64,000 nt of DNA from Takakia lepidozioides (lineage: Eukaryota > Plantae > Bryophyta). Positions 25,965 to 36,531 of the stretch are shown here, piece by piece. A program made the position numbers and the translations under genes. Under the pieces are notes generated by a model. That model was not told the origin of the DNA. It saw only the letters and a list, made by a program, of their open reading frames with translations, and did no database searches. The first letter of the stretch is position 1, and each line of letters opens with the position of its first letter. Where the stretch lies: assembly GCA_030704615.1 (NCBI GenBank), contig CM060734.1:44702001-44766000 (forward strand). Direction: 5' to 3'.

Positions 25965-28919
25965 AGGAGATGTCCCAGGGAATCTGCAACAATCAGGAAA
26001 AGGAAAGGTGTCAGCGGGCACCCTTGCCTGACTGATCTAGAAATAGGGAAGGCCTGGGATATGACACCATTGACCAATACTTTACTAGAAGCAGACTGCA
26101 GTAATATTGAAACCCATGACAAGAAAGGTCCCTCAAGACCAGAATTATCCAAAGCACCCAAGAGGAAACTCCAGTCAATAGAATCAAAATCCAACATAAG
26201 TAGGGCCAAGGGTTGGTGATTCAGAAAAGCTCAATGAACGGCTTCATGCACCAACATAATGTTATCTAGTATCATACGGTCTTTAAGGAATCCCGTCCGC
26301 TCCTTCCTTATGATTTTTGGCAGCAAAGGTTGGATTCTTAAGGCTAGCGCCTTAGCTATGATTTTGTATGTTGAATTGAGAAGAGTAATGGGGCGGTAGT
26401 TAGCCACGTTGTCCCTCTCCCCTTTTTTATAGATCAGGCTTATGAGACCTTCAGATATTTGAGAGGGCATCATCTTCTTCTCAAGGATGTCATTAGCCAT
26501 CAAAAGAAAATCCCCCCCAAGAGTCAACCAAAGAGATTTAAACAATTCAATCGGCAGGCCATCAGGGCCCGGGCTTTTCACGGATGCCATAGCCTCCACT
26601 GCTTTGCCCAACTCTTCCACAATGAAGGGTTCAGCCAGCTTGGATTTATCCATCTCTAACAACAAGCAAGGGATATTCTGGAAGGGTAGTTCTGGCTTCT
26701 TCCACCAGGGGTGTTTGAGGTCTTTTCTCAAAGAGTTGTTTGAAGAAGTCAGCAGCAGTGCTGGACATTTTTCTAGGGACTGATGAGGACAGACCAGAAA
26801 CATCACGCAAAGAGGGGATAAGGGTGGAAGCCCAACGCTGAGCTGCTTTAGCAAAGAAATATCTGGACATTTTCTCCCCCTTTAGTGACCAATTAACCCC
26901 AGCCTTGATTCTTATAAATTGCTCTCTAGAGTGATAGAGCAGGGATTAAGTTCTTTTTGGCAGTTTTGTGCGATATATGGGTTTGTTGGTCATCCCTACC
27001 AGTCTGCATCTGAAATTGGCAGATGTGCAAGCACTTAGTAAGAGCCTTTTCTTTACGAGAAGACTTTTCTGGATAGTTTCATTCAGGCTTTCCTTAAAGA
27101 GTGAAGCTTAGAAAGAAAGAGAAGAGTGGGGGAGGAGAAGGGGAGGTCAGCAGAGGACCAGACCCTTTGGAGAGTGTTAATAACCTCTGGGTCTGAGAGA
27201 AGAGAGGGGTTTAGCTTAAAGAAGCCCCTACCCCTAACTCTGGATCCTGGGGTGTGGAGAGATATCTGAATCGTGGAGTGGTCAAATCGAGGGGAGATAG
27301 GGACAATAGGGGATCTAACCGACCAATTGAGTGAGCAGAACAGTAGAATCTATCCAAGCGTGCAAGCACCAAATTGGGCGGCTGTCTGTTGTTGGACCAA
27401 GTAAATTTGAGCTCACCCTCTAAAGGTATGGAGGCATCCAATAGACCAGAAGACAAGCAGAAGGAATCCCAGGCATCTCTCTCCATGGAAGATAGACTGT
27501 GAACAGTGGGACCTGCTCGATCACAATCTAATTCCACCATGTTGAAATCCCCCCCCACCACCCAATGTTGGATGTCTAGCATCTGCATTGTTTTCAATCT
27601 CATAAGGGACCATAGATCAGCGCGTTCTTCTACAGTATTTGGAGCATAGACATTGACTATTCCCACTTTTCCAATAACCTGGCCCAGGTCCATGATTATG
27701 GATTGTACACGGCCTTGGACCCAGATGTCGTTGGGTCTGCAAACATAGCATCAGGTGCTGATGGCCTTATCGTGGATCCTGCTCCATCATTTAGTGTTGC
27801 ATCCTGCTTGGTAGCGTCCGTTGTGTTCTGACTGTGGAGCTTCGGGCAATTGGAACGGATGTGACCCTCGCCATTGCACGCGTAGCAGATCGTGGGAATG
27901 TGTTCCTCTTTGATGGAGTCAACAATGAAGGAGTCGTCTAATGTAGGGAGCTTGATGGAGTGTCCGATTGGCTTTGACTCGGGCATTAGAACAACCAGTT
28001 TAGGCACTCCGACGTCTTTGGTAAGATTGTAATGAGGTGCTACATTGTCCACACTTTTGATGGTGTCTTGAATTGGTTCGAAGACATTCAGCGAGCCTAT
28101 AAAAGTGCCAAAACTTGCTCCAATTTCTGAGAGGGACGTCAGGTACGTAGCAGGGAGGAAAGGTATGACTATGACTCTGCGCCTCCACAGAACTCCTTGC
28201 TTGCGACCCCAATCATGGGTCCATGGAAAGAGGAAAACCTTTGTAGCAGACATCTATACGTTGAACCTTAGCGCAGCCTCTGCCTCCTCCGATGAACAAA
28301 ATAATATCAGGTAGAAACGTCTACCCATGGACAAGCAGAAGTGCTGGGCCAACCCTCCATCGCTGCCCAAGTGTTCTGCAATCCATGTTCTTACCCATGA
28401 TCTAGTCCTTTGCTTCCCGGGGAAGTAGAGAATGACCCCACGCTGCGAGAGCTTTTGAGCCTGTGCCTTGAGTTTGGCTGTATCCAAGGTTATCACTGGC
28501 TGGTCGGGGGCGACTTGGGGGATGGAATCTTCCCATACTCCTTCTTCCGACAAGGGCAGTTGCACGTGAGTATTAAGAGAAGGGCCTTTGCCAAGGATGG
28601 AGTCTCCAGAGCCATTGGAAACAGAGTTGTTCTTAATAATCCATGTAGTCTTCCCTCCTTTGAACGCAGAGTTGCTGCGCATCCCCGATCCGCTTCTGTT
28701 GCCTCTCTTGCTTGCACTACCTCTGGAGCTCAATGTACCTCGAGAGCTCATTGTTGCGTCTAAGCGAGAGTGATACTTGCAGCACCTGAGCCCTGTTACC
28801 ACCGGACCCTGCATAGAGTACACCGCAAAATCTGCGAGCAAAGTGTGAGCCAAAGAAGGGAGAGGTGGGTGTCGAGCAGGAGTGAGAAGCACACAACCAT
28901 CTACTTGAACTCGAGACAA
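25965..28919 (-). mobile_element. L1/Tx1-like LINE 5' part: ORF1 (zinc knuckle), APE endonuclease, RT N-terminal half
   Basis: CYACNGEGHIRSNC; NVYAP..GGDFN..ARLDRFY; [32 protein letters not shown]. Confidence 0.92.
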
Positions 28920-30762
28920 GTGAACAGCTCTCAGAGAAAGCCTAAGCTGAGTGGAAGTCTGTCAGCTAGACATATGCAGGCAGGGAAATGGCTGCCAGAT
29001 TAAATTGCACAAGTGGGGCTGGAGTTAGTGATCATCCATAAAGGAGGGAGGGCGATTTATCACTTCCCTGCATGAAGCTTCCGTCGTTTAGGATCATGTC
29101 TGCAGAAACACGCGTGGAAGTAACAATGCAGGCACTGTCTTCTTCAACTCGACAACCTTTCGCATTATGCGAGGAGGGGAGGTTGCCACCATGAGCTGGG
29201 AGCAGCTGCTCGCGTAATTGTGCCCTTAAATCAAACAGAAGGTGACGGCTTCTGCAGAGATAGGGATCGGCACTTGCCAACGGCACACAGCAGCACTTGC
29301 TATGTTGGAAAACGCGCCGCATATAATCAGCAGCAGCCCATAAATGGGTGTTAGAGAGATAAGAACTTGTGGATGATAGCTTGAAGAGAAGTTGCTCAGG
29401 CATGGGGAGGAAGTGAGGAAGAGAGTCGCAAAATTCTATTGGATTAACAGAGATATTCGGGGTTAGGGCATTGCCGCCAAAACGTCTTTGTTGTCTTGAG
29501 GAGGTACTTCTATGTAGCTTTAAAGCATGCCGGGGTGATGAAGCTCCACTGAGCATAGATCCACCCTGGGAAGACGTCGATGGGGGCGGGGGCTTGAGGA
29601 TGGGAAGCCATAGCGGCTAAGTCCCAAGGACCTCACTCACCACAACATGCGGAGCCCCGTCGTTCCTTCAGGACCATTATTTGCATTACCCTGAATAATA
29701 ATGAACAATTGTTTTTACCTCCCTTAATTTTCTTTTAAAAAAACATAATGGTTTTAGATATTCCCTCAACAATATTTGAAAAATCAACAATTATCAGCAA
29801 ATAGTTGGATATTTTGGTGTTTTCACAATTTCTGAGCAATTAGGCACTTCTAAGGAATTTTTTCCAAGTTCTAGCCACATTTTCCAAAAATGTTCTAAAT
29901 TTAATTAGGCACTTGATTTTGAACTAATTATTGCCTAATAAGCTAGGTAAGTACGGTATGCAGCGCTTGGAATAATATAAGTCCACCGGCTTCGGCATGT
30001 CAAATCTTCCCACCCTTGAGATTGGCATGGAACTGGGTGGGCGACACGGAAGCAGTGTAACTCCAGTCAGGGTGACACCAAAGAGAGTGTCACTCCACTT
30101 GGTGTAACTCCCACCCACCTAGTGGTCTCAAAATTTGACTGTCTCCAAATTTGGCTAAGTATAAATTGTAAGAAGTAAGAGGAGTTACACAAGATGTAGA
30201 ATGACACAGTGTGGGGGTTAGACAAACCAGAGGAACCCAATGACACGGATCAGGGTGACACAAAATGGGGTTATTCGAGAATCCACACCTCAAAGCCTCC
30301 ATTTCCATCACCTTACCAGTAATCTATTCACCGTTGTTTGACAACCATCTATATTCTAAAGTTCTAGTGCTGCGTGTTGCTACACATTACCTAGTAGTGA
30401 CCATGCGAACAATGCTCAAACTTTACAAAAAGTCCAATGTTCATTTCTTTTTAACTAGGAACATAACTTACGCAGGCGTGCGATCTGGATCAGGCATCGT
30501 TGGCTCCTCTGGTGAGCCCCTTGTCAAATCTTCCCCACCTCCTCTTATCGCAGATTCACTAAATTTATATTCTAGCGACGACTGAAGGTCGGAAGCTAGT
30601 TTAGTGTAGAGCAGGAATAGCTTGGTGCCATAATGCCACGTCATCGTAGACACGTCATCGTTGTCGTCAATTTCTTTGGAACCTGCGCGAAAAGCAGCGC
30701 GGGGAAGGGATGCCCCCGCGTGCTCGAGCTTCTGAAAGAGGATCAAGAGAGGGAGTCCACAA

Positions 30763-31022
30763 TGCCTCTTCTAGTACTTCTGCGCATGTGAAGATGCTTT
30801 GTGAGGCAGGCAAACTGACAGAGGCTCTACAGACTTTAAACCAATGAGGCATTCAGTTACCTATGTCTGTCTCTTGCTTAAGTGCATCAAGATGAAAGGT
30901 TTGGAAGCTGGAAAGCAGGTGCACATGCACATTATCCAAAGTGGATTCACGCCAAATGTTTTTCTACTCAACACCCTTGTCAACATATACGTTAAGGGCG
31001 GGAGCATCATGGATGCTCAAGT
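30763..31022 (+). pseudogene. PLS-class PPR gene fragment (N-terminal repeats)
   Basis: MLCEAGKLTEAL..VTYVCLLLKC..GKQVHMHIIQSGFTPNVFLLNTLVNIYVKGGSIMDAQV; truncated. Confidence 0.85.
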
Positions 31023-31526
31023 ACTGCTCTAGCTCCAAGAGCCAGGTGTTGAGTGCTTTCCGATTTCGGACGCCCTCGATGGTGCTGGGTTCCTTAGGCT
31101 TCACCTTAAACTTTGCCTTAGTGGAAGTGGTATTAGCCGCCTTCAACACGTCTTTCAACGTCCCGCCAAACTGCGCCAATAACCCTTCCCAAAAGGTTAT
31201 TGGCATGGGAGACATCTGTTGATCTGGTGGAGCCTCCGGGAAGTCCTCGGGCTCCGACTCCCTAATTCTTCCCGTTCTTGAGCGGCCTCGCTTTCAGAAG
31301 CATAAATTGTCTATTCCAATTGCCGCTTCGGTGACACGTCGCCCCCACCAGGCTCACCAGGATCATGCGGGCCGTTCCGCTTTCGCTTTGTCTTGCCCGA
31401 CCCCATGATGAGGCCGATCACAAGGACGATCGCGTACTGAACTCTAGGCTCTGATACCAAGTGTCGCGCACCTCACTTCAGTAATCTCCCCTTCAAGTCA
31501 TAGTTATTTGCTTTGATGCACGCGTC
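31021..31526 (-). mobile_element. Gypsy family C fragment: LTR 3' end, PBS(iMet), gag N-terminus
   Basis: LTR end ...GCGCGACA at 31462, PBS TGGTATCAGAGCC at 31459-31447; gag homologous to the gag at 47875-48568. Confidence 0.9.
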
Positions 31527-31978
31527 TAACTCCCAAACTGTATGTATCCTGCAATCATTGCATTCCATGAAACCACGTCTTGTTCAGGCATATTGTTAAA
31601 GACTCGGCATGCATCCACCAGACTCCCACACTTGACATACATGCTGAGAAGGGTGTTTCCCACACGAACATCTGACTCAAAGCCAGCTTCAATGATATGG
31701 GCATGGACCATCACGCCTTCTAGTTGCATTTGCCGAAAAAGCTGAAATGCCTCTTCCGTGTGCATTCCATGAAATCACATCTCGCCTAGACATTTTTCAA
31801 ACATCTTTCGCGCATCCACCAAACTCCCACACTTGACATACATATGGACAAGGCTAGTTCCTACATAAACATCTGATTCAAATCCAGCTCTGACAATGTG
31901 GGCATGAAGCCCCTTGCCCTGCCCTAGAGCTGCGAACGCGAGAACGTCACCAACATAAGAAACGACAGTGCAGTACAT
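31526..31978 (-). pseudogene. PLS-class PPR gene fragment (internal repeats, frameshifted)
   Basis: GKGLHAHIVRAGFESDVYVGTSLVHMYVKCGSLVDAR..; DVVSWNAMIAGY. Confidence 0.9.
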
Positions 31979-32757
31979 ACTGTCATGGCTGACGGTTAGT
32001 TAGTTAGACGGTTGGAACAGCTTGCGGGTAGATAATGCAAAATAGCTATGGATAGGGGATCACTTCTTGATCGGATGGGCTTGGAGTACGCGGTGGAGGA
32101 GGGGGAGACGCTGGAGTGTAGCTTATACTTGATATTCACACTGTGTAGAGAGACTAGAGAGAAGTTGACAAAGACAGAGAAATAAAACTTGGCAGATTGC
32201 AGAAGCAATCTGATACATAACATTAGGCAGCAAGATACCCTAACTAAACATGAATGCAAGACGGAATAGAAATAGGGAAGCACCCCCATGATACTCTAGC
32301 TGTAGGTCATGACTGATTGTTCTGAGCGGGCTGAGTACTTAGAGTCTTCCAACTCTTCTATCTTAGAGTTTCCACCACGGATAGCTAAGGGATGGGTGAA
32401 TAAAAGCCGCTCAACAGAAATCGGAGGGGGGATGGCCTTGGTGGGGTCACTCCCCGTATTTTCAAAACCACGTGAGAACAAATATAGGGTGCAATTATTT
32501 TTTTGAGGTAAATTTTAGAAAAGTTTTATTTATAAAATATGGTACGACAATATCATTTCACCCAGTTTTTCTTTTTTTTTTAAATGTCACAAAAAAAATT
32601 TATTTAAATAGTTAATGTATTAAAAAGTTTTATCTACAGTATAATGTATCCATCATTGTGAAGTTTCTCATATTAGCTCTAATCCATCAAGATAAAATCA
32701 GGTAGAGGTCACTTGAAGTTCAAATATGATTCCAGTGATACACAGTGGATTGATATT

Positions 32758-33384
32758 ATGTTCTATCATGGCCGCTTCCGTGCATGTGTACCTCTTAAAC
32801 ATGCACTTGTCCAGCTAGACTCTGCCCAGATATTCTACTGGTGCAGGGTCTACCCATGACTACCCTACCTCCTACCACACCATCCCCATCCCTCACTATC
32901 CACTTTATCGAATTCACATACTGTCATGACCGCTACCCACAAGATTATATCTTGGAAAAACGGCAAAAATACGCTCCACTTATCCTTGCTATACGCCGAC
33001 GAGGATGGCGCACCGGTCCTCTAACCGTCATCACGACAAGCCCTAGAGCGGCATACACAACGCCAACATTAATGACCTACACAACAACTTTCACATCCCT
33101 ATCTCCCCGATTCACAAATGTTTCCAAGCTATCCACCTCACCGCCCTCCGCTCTTTCACAGCTATAATCACTAATAAACGAAAACTAGAGTCCAATCCAG
33201 CATCAGTACCCTAGGAACCCTAGGGCATCCCCCCCGCCCCATTCTCCTCTCTAGCACCCCAACACACATACCCTAGTTATTAAGTGACCAACTGGTCATC
33301 TGTCTTTTTATATAGGGCCCACCCCCGACAAGGGGCAGTAGCCGCAAGGTGAAGTGGCTCTTATTACACCGGCTTCGGCCGAAG

Positions 33385-33449
<65 letters not shown>
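32758..33449 (+). mobile_element. 5'-truncated non-LTR retrotransposon with restriction-like endonuclease C-terminus and (CT)n tail
   Basis: IHFIEFTYCHDRYP....EKRQKYAPL...GW (RLE-type). TSD TGGATTGATATT at 32746-32757 and 33450-33461. Confidence 0.8.
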
Positions 33450-33452
<3 letters not shown>

Positions 33453-36400
33453 ATTGATATTGATACCATAATCTCAACAGTAACTATGACATTTGAACCA
33501 TCTCAAAACTTGTACTTTTAGATCCAAGTGATGTTGCGGCTTTGAATGAGCTCGTGGCTAATGAAAATTAACCTTTTTCTTGGGCCTGGCATTTGATTTA
33601 TGTTATATGGAATGTACTTGTTTGTGTACATGCTTTGAAATTTTATAATTATTTAAAATGACAATTTAAACTAGGGTCTAATTAATTGTTGCAAAAGAAA
33701 ATTATAAAGAAAAATAGGGTGTTAGAAAACAAAGGGTTTTACAATATTACCTAAAGATATGGTGGAAAAAAATGCAAAATTTTAAAAATATAACCTAGTA
33801 TAAATATACCTTTGTACGCACGTGATATGATAAAAATACATATAGTGACCCCCCGTGGGGGGGGGGGCGCGCCGCTGGGCCTGCTCGTCGCCGGCCATAA
33901 CGCCTGCGACACCTACGATACCCCTCGACCCTACGCATCTCATCTATGTGGTGCTGGGGAACCAACTGGTCACATCGGGCACACACTCTGGCACAAATTC
34001 TGCAAGCAAACCGGCGTGAAATGCCTCCTGTGATTCTGGGGTCAAATCCTGCTACCTTGATGGCTGTGGTATGTTCTTCTCCCCCTTCCCCTAGGTGGTG
34101 TACTTCCATTCAAAACCCTTCACAACGAGGATAAGACCTAGACAAATGAAACTTTAGGCCACGAGAAGATACTCGAGAAGAACGAATGTCCTAGAAGGAT
34201 CGGGGTAGCACCCAGAAAGATCCAGAAGTGACGAATGAATAGTCTCCTATGAAGAAACTCTACTCAACAACAGCAAGGAGCAAAACCTAACGCCTGGACG
34301 AGGCAGTATGTGCAACAAACTTGGAGGAGGAGGAAAGCAACTTACAATAGTAACCATAAGCCTTATCTATGATAATGTAATCTACTTTTAGTCGCAACTT
34401 TGATATGTTTCCAATCGATGTCAGCTTTATCGAATTCCTGGGGTGCCAAAGAGGAAGGTCTTGCGTTGTTGCCACTGGAGTGGGGAATTTGGTTGGGCCA
34501 GACATTGGTGTGAGACTCAGAGTAGTTGCACATGAGGCCTTGCCGTCCCCAGGTAGCTCTGAAGGTTGAGAGGAGTGAATACTGATGTTTTGGAGTCTTA
34601 TTGATGTCTGCACACAGTTTCGTCCAAGCTTTTTCAGCAGCCACAGTCAGGTCCAAGCTTTTTCAGCAGCCACAGTCAGATCAAAGAAAATATGTGTAAG
34701 CAGTGTAGTAGCCGAAGTATTAGTACCATCTAAGGACCAGCTGCAGCGATCTTTCCAGATGTGCCATAGAGTGGCTCATCTCAAGGTTTCAAATATAGGG
34801 CAATTGCTTGCCTTAGCAATTGAATCTGAAGAGAACTGAATATAATGGAACCGAAGGGAACTACATGAAGGGACTCGAAGGGAGCTGAGTAATGTTTTTC
34901 TTTTTCTTTAAGTTTTTAGTATAATGGAACTAAATGTGAGTTTTTTTTCCTTAAAATGGAACTCAATCCGAAATTAACCCTTCCTAAACCTGCTTAGATT
35001 AGACGCTCAATCGAGCTTCTGGTCTGGACTTTGCCTCGGGCATTCCTTGAGTTTAAAATCCTTTTACCATCTGCCTTCTCTCTTAGTTCGGCTCATATGC
35101 TTCAGCTGTAGCTCTTTAAGCTGGTTTGAAGGTCACGGTGATTAGAAACATTATGGTTCTGTGTCTTCAATTCTCTCCAGGTGAGAGGTAGGGATCTGTC
35201 TTCACTGCTTGCAATGTGTGTGCCTTATGGCGTATCTGGGGTTTTAATTTATTTCCCCACAATAATTATGAATAAATTAAACTGAGCTTCAAACCAAAAA
35301 ATAAATAAATAAATTTGACAAAACTGAAATGGTACATTAAAGTTGATAAGTCGAGGGGATGCAGGGTGAGTTCTGCCAGTTTGGCCAAAACACAGGGTGA
35401 ACGTTTATGAAGTGGGCCCACAAAGAAATAAATAGAGGGCCAAACTCGAAATAGCAGGAAACAGCGCAAATGTGTTTGATCCCATGTTCGAGCAGCGCCC
35501 CGCCTTGGGACAGGTGGATGAGCCCTGACGCGGGGCCCACGCTCCGGTTTTGCTGGAGGGTCTTCTCATTATTGGAGTGCGATATTGATCGGAGTTCTGC
35601 TGCAGTTTTGGACTCCATTTCCTAGCTGAAGTCCTACACATTGAAGTTCCGCACAACACTATATGGAAAAACATCCAATTGGTGGTTTCTGGGCTCCCTC
35701 CTAAGATCTCCTGATGTACCTTCCCCACATTATCAACACGTCAAAGAACATTTGCACCAGAGGACTGTGATGCATACTTAGACTTTCATCTGTATATTGT
35801 TACCCATTCATCTCTAAGGCGAGTGCTATAGTTGCATCGGTTCCCTCCAGATTCATCACTTCCGCTCTATATTATATTCAAGTCCCTTCAGTTTTGATGG
35901 AGTAAGCCACTTGACTTTCATCCACTTCTATGTTATGTTGAGGTATTCCACATTCTTCTTCTCTTCTGGCTAGAGTGACTTTCAGATCGCTCATCCACTT
36001 CTATGTCATGTTGAGGTACTCCACATTCTTCTTCACTCATGGCTAGTCCCAAAAAAATAAGCCTCGGTCTCTTCAACTGCAATGCTATTGAAGCACAACA
36101 GGGATCGTTGACTGTGTGGTCCCAAAGCAAGTGCTCTCAAAGTGCACGATCATCGAATTCAATTCCCATTTGTGGCGACAATTACCTTGACATTTCACTG
36201 CCAGGAGATAACTTGGTTCCAAATCGCACAACTCTTCTTGCACCTGCTTCAAAGACTTGGTTTTTCTCAAAAACCATCTCGTAATGGAGACTGGTCCCTC
36301 CAGCTTTGTATCTCCCTACCTCAACCCCCTTCCAAGCGCATGCCAACAGCCAGAAGCTCCATCATGCCAGGTCTGAGTAATGTCTAAATATGTGGATCTT

Positions 36401-36531
36401 GCTGTGATATGTAAGCTCCTAAATCCCCCATACCAATCCTATCACCACCAAATTTTAGATCCTGCTGATTGGAACATTGGGAAATTATTCGAACTGGCAT
36501 TGCATGAGATTAGACCGCATGAGTAATAAAG

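Larger units (their letters stand above)
8126..29956. mobile_element. Tc1/mariner-superfamily (Tc2/pogo-like) TIR element, expanded to 21.8 kb by nested retroelements
   Basis: Perfect 25-bp inverted repeats CCGTACTTACCTAGCTTATTAGGCA (8126-8150; reverse complement at 29932-29956), flanked by TA on both sides (8124-8125, 29957-29958). Subterminal TTAGGCA motifs recur at both ends. No transposase seen. Confidence 0.85.

Noticed and set aside
28800-28815. LINE TSD (CAGGGTC matching 19972-19978)
   Set aside because: Only 7 bp and the LINE 5' end is undefined; not reliable.
29032-29556. 174-aa ORF as the transposase of the TIR element
   Set aside because: No HTH or DDE motifs recognisable.
33314-33385. 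Ribozyme or group II intron domain V in the retroelement 3'UTR
   Set aside because: No hammerhead CUGANGA/GAAA core and no convincing HDV or domain V topology; kept only as short hairpins.
33795-36400. Possible genes or transposase remnants
   Set aside because: Degenerate sequence without motifs I can identify; only small tandem duplications (34622-34680, 35917-36032) are evident.
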